Positions 19,366 to 29,681 of a DNA stretch of 64,000 nucleotides are shown here, in pieces. Under the pieces are notes generated by a model. It did not search any database and had not been told where the DNA came from. It worked only from the letters and a program-made list of their open reading frames with translations. The position numbers and the translations under genes were made by a program. Source of the stretch: a virus; the IMG/VR virus record IMGVR_UViG_3300021368_000005, positions 9,614 to 73,613 of that record; one strand, given 5' to 3'. The stretch's first letter is position 1, and the number at the start of each line of letters is the position of its first letter.

Positions 19366-21401
19366 TAGATAACCCTCCCTTTTATATCTTTACCAGGATA
19401 CTTTAACTCAAATACCGATGGGTCTAAAGATGGATAAACCATCTTACCTTTAGTTGCATTACTAATATTGTATTTGTGTTTAGAGTAAACTCCTCCACAT
19501 TTATTAACTATTTCACACTTTGGTACAGATAACACACCCTCTACTCCTGCAATTATTAATTCCAATTCAGAAATATTAATTGGTTGATTAAATGCCCAAT
19601 CATCAATATTAAAATATTTTTCTATTTCGGTTATACATTTTAACATTACTTCTCTTTTATTATAAGAGTTGTAAACCATTATCTCAAAGTCAACACCAAT
19701 ATTTATTACAAATCCATCTAATAAATTTATACCATCTGTTAATAATCTAAACTCTGATAAATATGTTTTAACATTTTCTTTAACTGCTTTATTTAATGAA
19801 GTTAAGTTTTTACTTGAGTTATAACCAAGTAAATATAAGTTTATAGCAAAAGGATTGTTTTTTTCTTCTTGACCAGATTTTCCAACTAAGAATCTCTGTA
19901 ATTCTGTTTTTATCTCTTGTTCTGTTTTTTTATCTCCACTATTTAGTTTTTGAACCAATCCAGCAAATTCTTCAAGAGAATCAGGATTATTCAATATAGA
20001 ACTAGGTGAATTATTATCTAACTCTCCATCTGGTGCACAATAAGCTTTTGCAACTCCACCAAACTTAGGAGGAAGTGCCAATGCTCTTACTTGATAATCT
20101 TTTCTTGTTACTGCTCTATTTTGTGAACCAAAGTGTGCAAGTGCATTTTCTCTAATCTCATCAATAGTTTCTGCACCTCTACCACCACTAGCAGGAATTT
20201 CATTTTCAGCTGCTATCGAGTTTTTAACAGTTCCATACATTTGTAGTTCATCATCATCAAACAAACTTAAATCTTCATCAAACTCCATCTTAGTAATTCT
20301 TTTTATAGATGCTTTTGATACATTTGATTCAACACCACCACCAACTAAATATCTAATAGATAATGTGGTATTTGATGGAGCCTGTCCATATGATTTAGAT
20401 TTCAAGAAATTTGCTGGGTCAAATGATGCTCCTAACCTATCAATAGAATTATTTAATCCTAATCCTACATTCTTAAAGTTTGGTAAAAAAGTTTCATCAG
20501 ATGAAGTTGAGTTACCCGCTCCAAATACAATACTTGTTGTATTATTTGGGTTTACTTGTCTAACAAATCTACGAGATGTTTTAGTTACTCTTAATATACT
20601 AGGTACTGAATCCTTAAACTGTGCCAAATCTCCATCAAATTGAGATGTGTTTGGATAATCAGTATAAACCATTTCTTGAGCAAGGTAAGGAACTTCGTAC
20701 CATTTATTTCCATTTGAATCTCTCACATCATATATTTGGATAATATTAGTATCAGCCAAATCTATTTTATCAAATTGTTTAGGTGAACCAAATTCTATAT
20801 TAACCTCTTTTTCTTCTGCTGAAATTGCATTAACATACTTTCTTATTAAGTAAAAAGTTGGTTCTTGTAATTCATTTCTTTCGTAAACAGAAACTTCTCT
20901 TTCAAACTCATCATTAAAATCAACAAGTTCTGTTGTTCTAAATATAACTCCTGTGTCGGATGTAAGTTCCATTCCTTCTTTTATTCTAAGTAAATAACCC
21001 TCATCCATTTCGAACCTATTATCACCTTCGTATAAGTTTCCACTTGCTCTCCTTTTACTTGGAGTAAGTTGGTAAACAGCAACTTTTGTTAATGCAGGTG
21101 AAGTAACTTTTGGTTTATATCCTAAAAAGTTTGCAAGAGCAACAACATTATCTTTATCCTCCGCAGTATGTATCATTGATTCTTTTAATGTATCATCGAT
21201 ATAATATCCAAGAACATCTCCTAAATAAGATGCCATTTCTATGAACATCATACCTGGTGATGATTCATTAAAATCAGAATATGTTGTAGGGAAATAAGTT
21301 TTAGCGTATTCAATTAAGTTATTTCTGAACTCACCAAAATCTTTATTAAGATACTGAATGTTCTTTCCTAAGTTTTTTCTATTTGTACTGTTTAATGCCA
21401 T
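19365..21401 (-). CDS. Baseplate wedge subunit (T4 gp6-like)
   Basis: DFGEFRNNLIEYAK...DFNESSPGMMFIEMASYLGDVL; FGAG; GGRGAETIDEIRENA...QNRAVTRKDY. Confidence 0.88.
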   Translation of the reverse strand: MALNSTNRKNLGKNIQYLNKDFGEFRNNLIEYAKTYFPTTYSDFNESSPGMMFIEMASYLGDVLGYYIDDTLKESMIHTAEDKDNVVALANFLGYKPKVTSPALTKVAVYQLTPSKRRASGNLYEGDNRFEMDEGYLLRIKEGMELTSDTGVIFRTTELVDFNDEFEREVSVYERNELQEPTFYLIRKYVNAISAEEKEVNIEFGSPKQFDKIDLADTNIIQIYDVRDSNGNKWYEVPYLAQEMVYTDYPNTSQFDGDLAQFKDSVPSILRVTKTSRRFVRQVNPNNTTSIVFGAGNSTSSDETFLPNFKNVGLGLNNSIDRLGASFDPANFLKSKSYGQAPSNTTLSIRYLVGGGVESNVSKASIKRITKMEFDEDLSLFDDDELQMYGTVKNSIAAENEIPASGGRGAETIDEIRENALAHFGSQNRAVTRKDYQVRALALPPKFGGVAKAYCAPDGELDNNSPSSILNNPDSLEEFAGLVQKLNSGDKKTEQEIKTELQRFLVGKSGQEEKNNPFAINLYLLGYNSSKNLTSLNKAVKENVKTYLSEFRLLTDGINLLDGFVINIGVDFEIMVYNSYNKREVMLKCITEIEKYFNIDDWAFNQPINISELELIIAGVEGVLSVPKCEIVNKCGGVYSKHKYNISNATKGKMVYPSLDPSVFELKYPGKDIKGRVI

Positions 21402-21405
21402 AATC

Positions 21406-21837
21406 CTATTCCGCTATTTCTAATGAGACTTGATTAGTATCTATTGAATCACCAACTCTAAAAGTTAGATTTAATGTTGCTCGGTGTCTATCTTTCATCT
21501 CATCAGTCATATCTATTTCTATTTCTTCAATCGTAACATAAGGTAACCAATAACTTACAGAGTTTGTTATTTCTTTTTGAACTGATGTTTCAAATTCAGT
21601 TGTCATTGGTTCAAACAACAATTCATGTAAACCAGTACCAAATTCTGGTTGCATGATTCGTTCACCTTTTCTAGTTTGTAGAAGATTTCTAATGTTAGCC
21701 GAAGCCGCATCTACCAAGTTAAACGTTGACTTAAAAAGATTTGCACCTAACCTAACAGGATAATCTAAACCATAAGCATGATTATCAAAATCAGAATCAG
21801 TATCCTTTACAATACGTTTTGGTAAAACATATGACAT
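21406..21837 (-). CDS. Baseplate wedge protein gp25-like
   Basis: NIRNLLQTRKGERIMQPEFGTGLHELLFEP...WLPYV. Confidence 0.9.
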   Translation of the reverse strand: MSYVLPKRIVKDTDSDFDNHAYGLDYPVRLGANLFKSTFNLVDAASANIRNLLQTRKGERIMQPEFGTGLHELLFEPMTTEFETSVQKEITNSVSYWLPYVTIEEIEIDMTDEMKDRHRATLNLTFRVGDSIDTNQVSLEIAE

Positions 21838-21850
21838 TATTTATCTCCAA

Positions 21851-22438
21851 TTACTTCTTAAACTTTTTTACAAGTGCCGAATTATCTCTGTTTAGAATTC
21901 TATCTAATCCAGCTAATCCAGTCGATACACCCAATCCACCTTTTCTACTTCCTTGAGATGGCATATCACCATATCCCATTTTAGCAGCCATTGAATGTTG
22001 CAAGTTCGGTGGTACACCTCCTCCCATAGCAACATCTGTTGAATCAAATGAAACCGTCTTATCCATTCCTTCATTTACTGTTTGTTGTGGCAAATTATCT
22101 AATACAGATTTTGCTGACGCTCCTCCAGCTTTTTGTTCTTTGGTAAACGGTTTTGTGTTATTCAATACCTCATTTATTTTTTCATTTCTTGTGAAACGTT
22201 TTTGAGGTTGTTTCGCTCTTTCTTGTTTTAGAACCTCATCTACTTTTGTAAATGGGTCTATATCTTCTGATATAGTTGATAAAGATAAATTTTCCCCACC
22301 ACCTATACTATTTATTCTACGAGAAACTTCTTCCTCTAATATTTTAGGAAAAGTTTTCGTTAGAAAAGCCTCGTGCTTTTTAGCAACTTCAGCTTCTACT
22401 ATTGTTTTTATTACTTTTACTAGTTTTTTTGAATCCAT
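21851..22438 (-). CDS. Hypothetical late protein
   Basis: ORF preceded by the late motif at 22464-22471; start placed at MDSKK. Confidence 0.6.
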   Translation of the reverse strand: MDSKKLVKVIKTIVEAEVAKKHEAFLTKTFPKILEEEVSRRINSIGGGENLSLSTISEDIDPFTKVDEVLKQERAKQPQKRFTRNEKINEVLNNTKPFTKEQKAGGASAKSVLDNLPQQTVNEGMDKTVSFDSTDVAMGGGVPPNLQHSMAAKMGYGDMPSQGSRKGGLGVSTGLAGLDRILNRDNSALVKKFKK

Positions 22439-22494
22439 TGTCAATTGTTTTCATTTATCTTAATATAAATATATTAATTTAGTTTTTATAGATT

Positions 22495-23508
22495 TTAAGT
22501 ACAATCATTACAACATAACTTTCTTTCTTTTTCCAATTCTTTTTGTAATTGAAATAAATTTTTAGCAAATTGTTCGTTTTTATCTGGTTGTACAGCCGCA
22601 ATACTTCCTACCGCTTTTATAGCTTCTGAATAGAATCTATCCATTCCTAATTGGTCTTTTTTAATCTCCGCATCTAAAACCATTTCGGCTTTTTCAATTA
22701 CACCATCAGCATCTTGTAATTTTTCTTTTAATTCATCATCAACAGAATCTGCTGGGAAAGATGTATTTAATCCCAATCTATCAGCTTCTTTTTCAGTTTC
22801 AGTTTTTAGATTTCCTACTCTATTTGTATTTCGTATATCAAACTCTGCTGAACCATTATCTAGTGGTCCTGATTGGTTGTTACTTGTGTTTGGTGCATCA
22901 GTTGAACTATTTTGATTTTTAGTTATACCAAACATAGGAATATCAGGAATATTATAAGCTGTCCAATTAACTACACCAGGTGCAGGTATTGGTGATGGTG
23001 CCGATGGATACAAAGAAGTTGTCATAAACATTCCTTGAACAGTAAATAAATGTATTTTAGCAAACATTGTAAATGCACTTAAAAATGTAAGACAAGAAGC
23101 TGTAGGTATTTCAAATGGAACACTAGGCCATGTACCAGGATTTGTAACCATTCCAGATTGCATAAAAAGATTTTGTATTGAACCAGGTGCTGGTATTGGA
23201 TAAGTTGGAAATGGTACAAGGGTTGCACCAGTCCAATAACCTTTAACAGCATTTCCTATATCTTTTATAAATGCATGACCAGATGGTGTTGTTGCCGCTA
23301 AAGCTGACATTTGTGATACGTTCATTAAGGATGTCATTAAAGGAATGTTACCTGCCATAATTGGTTCTTTACCAATCATAACACCACCCCTTCTCATACA
23401 TGAATCATATTCAGTAACAAACTTAACACCAAACTGTTGAGGTGTGTTTATCGCTATTGGATTGTTCATGTACAATAGCATATTTACTTTGAACAAAGTC
23501 CACGACAT
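22495..23508 (-). CDS. Hypothetical baseplate-associated protein
   Basis: Immediately downstream of the spike-like gene; Pro/Met-rich N-domain and charged C-domain. Confidence 0.5.
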   Translation of the reverse strand: MSWTLFKVNMLLYMNNPIAINTPQQFGVKFVTEYDSCMRRGGVMIGKEPIMAGNIPLMTSLMNVSQMSALAATTPSGHAFIKDIGNAVKGYWTGATLVPFPTYPIPAPGSIQNLFMQSGMVTNPGTWPSVPFEIPTASCLTFLSAFTMFAKIHLFTVQGMFMTTSLYPSAPSPIPAPGVVNWTAYNIPDIPMFGITKNQNSSTDAPNTSNNQSGPLDNGSAEFDIRNTNRVGNLKTETEKEADRLGLNTSFPADSVDDELKEKLQDADGVIEKAEMVLDAEIKKDQLGMDRFYSEAIKAVGSIAAVQPDKNEQFAKNLFQLQKELEKERKLCCNDCT

Positions 23509-23511
23509 AAT

Positions 23512-24777
23512 TTACTCCGTAAAGTTTTTAGTTGATTTCGCATCTTTCAATTGAGATTTGATACGATTAAATACTGGTTTATTAATTGGTCCTGGTGATG
23601 TTGGTCCAGCTGGTGTTTTGAATACTTGTTGATTTATTGCATCTATAAGTTGTTCCAACAAATCAACTAACTTAGCACCTCTAATCAAAGGTTCTTTTTG
23701 TCCTGTTCCACCATTACCACTATCATCTGTATTCAGTCTTATTTGACCATCACCAGTTCCTAAGAAAAATGTACTGTTATTTCTATCAAGTGTTATGTTA
23801 ACATTTCCACCAAAATCTAAATCGGCACCAGCCTCCCCATTATCAATCTTAAATGTACCATCTGAAATAAATCCATAATCTCCCTTAGAGAAAAATAACA
23901 TTTCTGCGGCTTTTGATGAAATTAAAACTCTTTCTGAGTTTATTAGTATTTGGTCATTACCTTCATAATCGGGTAGTTCATGTTTTATGGGATTTGTTTG
24001 AAAGTTAGAATTACCCTTTTCATCAACAGTACCAGGTTGAAATGGGATTCTATATTTATCACCTCCCATTAGAATGATAGAACCATCCTTATTTATATCT
24101 TCTTCAGTTACATCATTAACCTCTAAATCATTAATAGATGCATCGTTTTGTCTATTACGAATGATTATAGTTGGTGAAAATAAATTTTCACTATTATTAT
24201 ATCCACTAAATCTAATTGATTGGCCAAACCTAGATTGTATTATTCTATCTCCTTCATACAATCTTAACTTATGTACATTTTCTGGTGAAAAGTATTCTCC
24301 TAATTCAGATTCTCTTTCAGAACTATTAGAAGTTGCAGTACCAGTTTGAGATGTTTCTGAGTATGAGTTACCTGCTCCACCTGAATCTGCTTTTTCTGAT
24401 AGTTTTTCTTCTGCATTAATTCTAGCGTTTCCAATATTAATATTAACACTTGGAATTCTTTTATAGTAAGTTGTTCCAGCTACCTCTACTAATTGAACCG
24501 TTTCTCCTACAAGTGGAACACCTTCATCTGGTACTAGTGGTAAAAATAAAGGAAGGGCTTTTTTGTTTACAGAAAAATCACTAGCCTTTCGGATTCTTGC
24601 CGAACCAATATAAGCATCTACTAATTTAGTATTAGATTCTCCTTGAGATGATTCTATAATATTTTCATCATCTTCATTTAATATTATATGCTCAACAATA
24701 CCAACATCAACACTTTTACCTGCAATGCTAAAACTAGATGCTCCTTGATATTGTTGTGATATTGTTTTTCTACCCAT
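23512..24777 (-). CDS. Baseplate hub/central spike (gp5/Vgr-like)
   Basis: P.VGE.V OB-fold signature; EGDRIIQSRFGQSIRF; QILINSERV; C-terminal LIRGAKL...TPAGPT. Confidence 0.6.
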   Translation of the reverse strand: MGRKTISQQYQGASSFSIAGKSVDVGIVEHIILNEDDENIIESSQGESNTKLVDAYIGSARIRKASDFSVNKKALPLFLPLVPDEGVPLVGETVQLVEVAGTTYYKRIPSVNINIGNARINAEEKLSEKADSGGAGNSYSETSQTGTATSNSSERESELGEYFSPENVHKLRLYEGDRIIQSRFGQSIRFSGYNNSENLFSPTIIIRNRQNDASINDLEVNDVTEEDINKDGSIILMGGDKYRIPFQPGTVDEKGNSNFQTNPIKHELPDYEGNDQILINSERVLISSKAAEMLFFSKGDYGFISDGTFKIDNGEAGADLDFGGNVNITLDRNNSTFFLGTGDGQIRLNTDDSGNGGTGQKEPLIRGAKLVDLLEQLIDAINQQVFKTPAGPTSPGPINKPVFNRIKSQLKDAKSTKNFTE

Positions 24778-25187
24778 TACTTACCTACCTTTTGTTTGAG
24801 TTCCTCTATCTCATTTGTAAGTTCATCAACCTTGTGGTCTTGTTCATCAACTACTTCTTTTGCAGTATCTTCTATTTCTTTTAGTAGTTGTTCTTTTTCA
24901 TCATCTGTTAGGAATCCTGTATCACCTTCTACCTTATCTTTAGATGCAATTATTCGTTGTGCAATTGCTGCCATCTTAATTAGTGATTCATCGTTTCTAA
25001 CTGATGTATCAACCAAATCTTTTATGATTGGACCAATTACTGCCATATCACCAGCATGTCTAATTACCTTTTTCATTTCGGCAATCAGTTCTGATATTCT
25101 TTGTTTCTTGTTTTGTTGGTTATCATAGATATCCTTAAACAATCCACTTAAATTTTTACCAGGAAATAATTCAAAGTTTGTACTCAT
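24777..25187 (-). CDS. Hypothetical helical protein
   Basis: First gene of the late operon; motif at 25210-25217. Confidence 0.6.
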   Translation of the reverse strand: MSTNFELFPGKNLSGLFKDIYDNQQNKKQRISELIAEMKKVIRHAGDMAVIGPIIKDLVDTSVRNDESLIKMAAIAQRIIASKDKVEGDTGFLTDDEKEQLLKEIEDTAKEVVDEQDHKVDELTNEIEELKQKVGK

Positions 25188-25236
25188 GATTATACCATAT
25201 TATCTTGTATATAAATATGGTAAATCAAAAAAGTGA

Positions 25237-25329
25237 CTATTTATCCATCCATTTGAAGAGTCTGTTCATAATAAACCAGAATGCAATTAAGATTCCAATT
25301 ACCTTAGATAACATGAATAAATTTTCCAT
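25237..25329 (-). CDS. 30-aa single-TM peptide
   Basis: Manual translation MENLFMLSKVIGILIAFWFIMNRLFKWMDK. Confidence 0.4.
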   Translation of the reverse strand: MENLFMLSKVIGILIAFWFIMNRLFKWMDK

Positions 25330-25343
25330 ATTGAGGGGTTAAT

Positions 25344-25370
25344 AAAAGACCCCACCGAAGTGAGGTCTTT
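25344..25370 (-). terminator. Intrinsic terminator
   Basis: AAAGACCTCAC-TTCG-GTGGGGTCTTTT on the minus strand. Confidence 0.75.
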
Positions 25371-25392
25371 AATCAATTGATTTTAATAATCC

Positions 25393-25626
25393 TTATTTTT
25401 TCTTAAGGATGTGGTATAGAATAAAGGCACCTACTAATCCAAGTAAACCTTCACTACTCAATCCGCCTAAAATACCCATAATGTTTTCCACTACCGAGTT
25501 TTCTGGCCAGAATGGTATCGCCATTCCTTTGAATAATACTTCAAGTACTACTCCAAGAGCGATGATACTTATACCAATTTCTGTTAGTGATTTGGCCCAA
25601 TCGCCAATCTTATTTAGAAATTCCAT
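25393..25626 (-). CDS. Small membrane protein (2 hydrophobic segments)
   Basis: MEFLNKIG...; preceded by AAAGGAGA; basic C-terminus. Confidence 0.6.
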   Translation of the reverse strand: MEFLNKIGDWAKSLTEIGISIIALGVVLEVLFKGMAIPFWPENSVVENIMGILGGLSSEGLLGLVGAFILYHILKKK

Positions 25627-25775
25627 ATAGTTCTCCTTTGCTTTAATTAAGAAAATAACTTTTCCATATTCCAAAACATCGGACTGTCCAAGTAATAACT
25701 ATGTAAGCTTGATAAAAAAAATAGTGAATATATATTGAATCCTCAATTAGAAGTGTGTATTGATGAAATATATAT

Positions 25776-25800
25776 AAAAAAACCCCACAGTAGTGGGGTT
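25776..25800 (-). terminator. Intrinsic terminator
   Basis: AACCCCAC-N4-GTGGGGTT plus T-run; same stem as 7178-7197. Confidence 0.8.
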
Positions 25801-25829
25801 GAAACGTTACTAATCACTTTGAATTACGA

Positions 25830-26207
25830 TTAGGGCATATAACTTGCCAGTTTGTTTTCTAAGAACTTAATACGAGCTTTCATTTGTTCGTACTCTATCT
25901 CTTCATAAGTATAACGAGATTGTCCTTTCGGTTTAATCCAAACTAACTTTCCTTTGTTATACAACGCTTTTGTTCCTACATCATCACTCCAATAAGAATG
26001 AGTTAATAATTTACCATCTTCAGTTTTGATGTATGTTCCTTTTTGGTGTATAGAACCATCTTCGTTGAATGCTCTATACTCGTAAAGATTGTTATCTATC
26101 TGTGTAATAACTTTGGATTCTTGTCCAAAGAGTGGAATGGTACACATAGAAAATAATAGGATTGCTATTATTTGAACAATCTTTACTTTGATTAATTGTT
26201 CATTCAT
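25830..26207 (-). CDS. Secreted hypothetical protein
   Basis: Hydrophobic signal peptide ending LFG-Q, resembling Bacteroidota signal peptides. Confidence 0.55.
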   Translation of the reverse strand: MNEQLIKVKIVQIIAILLFSMCTIPLFGQESKVITQIDNNLYEYRAFNEDGSIHQKGTYIKTEDGKLLTHSYWSDDVGTKALYNKGKLVWIKPKGQSRYTYEEIEYEQMKARIKFLENKLASYMP

Positions 26208-26264
26208 AATTCCTCCTTTAGTATAAATATACCAATGTTAAGAAAATGTTACGGAATTGTTAAA

Positions 26265-27971
26265 TTATAGTATCTTTTTTTTGATAATGTAGTTGTGAAT
26301 CACAAGAGTATCCATTTCACAATTTAAGAAGGTTTCTATTGCCGATTTGGGGTCTAATACCATTGTCTGGTCTTTTAGATTAAATGAAGTATTAATTACA
26401 ATAGGATATCCATTATCAGTATTCAACTGTGTAAGTAACTTATATAATCGATTATGTTGTTTGTGTTGTAGTGATTGAATTCTAGCAGAACCATCTATGT
26501 GGGTTATAGCAGGAAGTTTATCTCTATACTCTTCTTTAACTTTAACAACTTGATTCATATATGGAACATCTTTAATATAATCAAAATATCTAGATTGTTC
26601 TTCTGATTTTACTATTGGAGCGAAAGGTCTAAACCCTTCTCTCTTTTTAATAATACTGTTCAGTTTATCTTTCATCTGAGGGTCACATGGATTGGCAAGA
26701 ATAGAACGATTGCCTAATGCTCTTGCACCAAATTCCATTTTACCTTCAAACCACCCCACTACATTTCCATTTGTAATTTCTTTAGAAATGATAGGTATGA
26801 TTTCAGAATGTGTTTTCTTCTCGAACCAAACATCAACATTCATTTCTTCTAATACATCTTCAACATCCGAGTTTAAGTAATGAGGTCCTAGGTATGGAGT
26901 TTTGTTGTCAGGTCTATGCTCTCCATTTCTAACATGATATAGATGTAACGCGGCTCCAATTGCAGAACCTGCATCAGATGGAGCTGGTGGAATCCAAATA
27001 TTTCTAAAGTTTGATTTTTCTAACACTTTTCCATTAGCAGTTCCATTATAGGCACACCCACCACTTAAACATAAGTTATGAGATGAACGAAGTGCATATA
27101 ATCTATCCACCAATCTAAAGAATAAAAATTCATATTCTTGTTGTAAAGTTGCTGCCAAATCTTTATGTGGTTGATTTAGGTTATCTTCGGGTAATCTGTT
27201 AGGTATCCCAAATAATTTTCCTAGTTTTTCATTAAACATATGAGTATCCGACCAATCATATGTAAAATAATCCATATTAAATTCAAACCCACCATCATCA
27301 GTAAGAGTATATAGTTTTTTGAATTTATGAGTAAACTTTTTTGGATTACCATAAGGAGCCAATCCCATAACTTTATATTCACCCTCGTTTGGTTTGAATC
27401 CTAAGAATGCAGTTATTGCTGAGTACAACATACCAAGTGAATGTGGGAATTTTATATGTTGTACTTTTGTGATTTTATTTGCCTCACCATAATACATACA
27501 AGTAGTTTCCCACTCACCCACTCCATCTACTGTTAGTATGGATGCTTTATCAAAAGGTGATGTATAGAATGCATAAGCAGCATGAGAAAGATGGTGGTCT
27601 CCATAAAATATTTCAATATCTTTATGAGTTATATCTACAATTTGATTTTCAAATCTAGTGTACTTTAGTTTATTTCTTTTAACTATATTAGTACGATTAA
27701 AAAATTGAGATATGGGCCCTCTCTTAACTGATTGTGTTATTCTATCTATTTTGGATTCAGGATTATCATAAAAAGCAACACCTTCAATATTAATTCCCTT
27801 AATATTAAATTCTTTATACAACCAATTGATTGTATTAATAGGAAAAGATGAATCGTGTTTTACACCTGTGAATCGTTCTTCCTCACAAGCACCTAAAACC
27901 TTTCCATCTTTAATTAAAGCTGCGGCACTATCATGATACCCACATGATACTCCTAAAATATAACCTTGCAT
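26265..27971 (-). CDS. Carbamoyltransferase (NodU/CmcH/TobZ family)
   Basis: HDSAAAL, EEERF, HHLSHA, DGVGE, EYKVMGLAPYG, GGCAYN, EFGARALGNRSILA, KREGFRPFAP, NTSFN. Confidence 0.95.
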   Translation of the reverse strand: MQGYILGVSCGYHDSAAALIKDGKVLGACEEERFTGVKHDSSFPINTINWLYKEFNIKGINIEGVAFYDNPESKIDRITQSVKRGPISQFFNRTNIVKRNKLKYTRFENQIVDITHKDIEIFYGDHHLSHAAYAFYTSPFDKASILTVDGVGEWETTCMYYGEANKITKVQHIKFPHSLGMLYSAITAFLGFKPNEGEYKVMGLAPYGNPKKFTHKFKKLYTLTDDGGFEFNMDYFTYDWSDTHMFNEKLGKLFGIPNRLPEDNLNQPHKDLAATLQQEYEFLFFRLVDRLYALRSSHNLCLSGGCAYNGTANGKVLEKSNFRNIWIPPAPSDAGSAIGAALHLYHVRNGEHRPDNKTPYLGPHYLNSDVEDVLEEMNVDVWFEKKTHSEIIPIISKEITNGNVVGWFEGKMEFGARALGNRSILANPCDPQMKDKLNSIIKKREGFRPFAPIVKSEEQSRYFDYIKDVPYMNQVVKVKEEYRDKLPAITHIDGSARIQSLQHKQHNRLYKLLTQLNTDNGYPIVINTSFNLKDQTMVLDPKSAIETFLNCEMDTLVIHNYIIKKKIL

Positions 27972-27976
27972 TTATT

Positions 27977-28747
27977 TTATAAATATTCGTTATCTAAATA
28001 AGGATTTTCTTCTTCTACTTCTTTTTTAGGCTCCCAAAAAGAAGGTCTCCTTGGTTCTCTAAATTCACCATGTTCTAAATATTCATTTAGCATTTTTTTC
28101 TGATGTTTTTTCATTACGTTTACAACTTTTGTAATATAATGAGTTTTACAATCAGTCATTTCTCTTATAAGAAGATACAAATGCTTTTTATTAAAATTTT
28201 CAATGTGTTCACTTCTTCTAAATAATTCCAATACTGCATCTGCTATTTGTAAATCTCGTTTTTTTGTAAATACTGAATTTAAGTTTTCATCCCAATATCT
28301 TAACATTATATTCTTAAACTCTTTGAATTCATTATTTTCCTCTGATTCATAAAAATCATTTTCAGGATTCCATGTTGGTGGCATTTCTGAAAGAAGTGCG
28401 TTTTGTTTCCATCTTTTATAGTTACCATTGTTCTTTAGAATCAAGTGGTTTTTTGCAATAATAGTAAAGTAGGAAAAGGCCCTACCCTTACCTTCTTGGA
28501 ACATATGAATTTTTTCTACCATAGTAGAAACTACTTCGGTTTGAATATCTTTTTTTGGTACATCAAAATAAGTAAACTTAAATGTATTAATTACATTTTC
28601 TGCTAATTTTTCAAATGGATATTTAATTCTTTCTTCATATATTTTAGACCTTTCAGCGGGGTCTTTACTTTTATTGTATTCTATAATTGCTTCTTGAGCA
28701 GGTGTTCCAAAATATATCTTGGATTTTTTTCTTCTAGGTCTAGGCAT
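27977..28747 (-). CDS. Phage sigma factor (gp55-like late sigma)
   Basis: KLAENVI...F...GRAFSYFTIIAKN resembling the gp55 region-2 F(A/S)YFT motif. Confidence 0.65.
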   Translation of the reverse strand: MPRPRRKKSKIYFGTPAQEAIIEYNKSKDPAERSKIYEERIKYPFEKLAENVINTFKFTYFDVPKKDIQTEVVSTMVEKIHMFQEGKGRAFSYFTIIAKNHLILKNNGNYKRWKQNALLSEMPPTWNPENDFYESEENNEFKEFKNIMLRYWDENLNSVFTKKRDLQIADAVLELFRRSEHIENFNKKHLYLLIREMTDCKTHYITKVVNVMKKHQKKMLNEYLEHGEFREPRRPSFWEPKKEVEEENPYLDNEYL

Positions 28748-28748
28748 A

Positions 28749-29027
28749 TTATTTTATATCGGTGTTTAGTTCATCAACAACCTTTTTTAATTCGTCAAAG
28801 GTAGCACCTACCTCATCATCTTTTTCAAAAGCTTGTTTATGGTCAAGTACTCTCATTCTATCCAATGATGCTTGTACTTTCTCCTGTACGAACTTATTGT
28901 TTTCTACTAATGTATCTTCCAACTGTTCATTCTGTCTTAAAAGGTTTCTTACACCTATTAGTAAGACAATATTTAATATAACCGAAATACCAATAATGAT
29001 ATTATAGGTTGTAAATAGTTCTATCAT
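28749..29027 (-). CDS. Membrane-anchored coiled-coil protein
   Basis: N-terminal TM helix followed by heptads. Confidence 0.55.
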   Translation of the reverse strand: MIELFTTYNIIIGISVILNIVLLIGVRNLLRQNEQLEDTLVENNKFVQEKVQASLDRMRVLDHKQAFEKDDEVGATFDELKKVVDELNTDIK

Positions 29028-29028
29028 A

Positions 29029-29607
29029 TTATTTTATATTTAATTCGTAACCACTAAATTGAGTAAGGTACTTTGTTAACTTTGTACCATTACCATCTGA
29101 GAAATCTTTCCCTTTCTTAAAGAATCTCTTAACATTACCAGGACCTGCCAAATGAGCAGCTGCCAATATTCCACTTTCAGTAATAGTTTCACCATTGATA
29201 GTTCTACCATCCCAATAAATTATATAATCTTTAAGAATTTTTTTATTATGAGAAAGTAAATCTAACATAGCCTGTTCCTGTAAATTTGGGTTATTTAAGA
29301 ATTCTTTTTTAGATACTTTGTATCCGAGGTTTCTTAATGTTTTTCTACCAAACTGATATTTTCCCATGTAACCCCATTTGTTTACAACATCATATCTGTT
29401 TGAAGATTCTCTCATTCCTATCGCATCAAGAAACATTTCTTGTTGGTCAATTTTGAGAGGTTCAACCTCAATTCTGATTACTGGCATTTCAACTGGTTGT
29501 GTTGAAATAATAATCGGTTCTTCTTGTTTGAAAAAGAAATTATTTGCAAATCCTGTCGTTACTAGACAGGCTAAAATAATTCCTATCGATTTTTTTATCA
29601 AATTCAT
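29029..29607 (-). CDS. Lysozyme-like/transglycosylase peptidoglycan hydrolase with N-terminal hydrophobic anchor
   Basis: AIGMRESSNRY...GYMGKYQFG...QEQAM...LAAAHLAGPG lysozyme-fold motifs. Confidence 0.7.
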   Translation of the reverse strand: MNLIKKSIGIILACLVTTGFANNFFFKQEEPIIISTQPVEMPVIRIEVEPLKIDQQEMFLDAIGMRESSNRYDVVNKWGYMGKYQFGRKTLRNLGYKVSKKEFLNNPNLQEQAMLDLLSHNKKILKDYIIYWDGRTINGETITESGILAAAHLAGPGNVKRFFKKGKDFSDGNGTKLTKYLTQFSGYELNIK

Positions 29608-29623
29608 ATGGTACTCCTTCTGA

Positions 29624-29664
29624 ATTTACTATGTAAATATACGAAAAATATTTCATATATCCAA
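29624..29664 (-). promoter_or_regulatory. Early promoter with palindrome
   Basis: TTGG-N17-CGTATATTTA overlapping ATTTAC-N3-GTAAAT. Confidence 0.75.
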
Positions 29665-29681
29665 ATATTTTTTAACTTTTT

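Noticed and set aside
25393-25626. Small two-TM protein as a holin
   Set aside because: Only topology supports it; it is flanked by terminators and not adjacent to the lysozyme-like gene.
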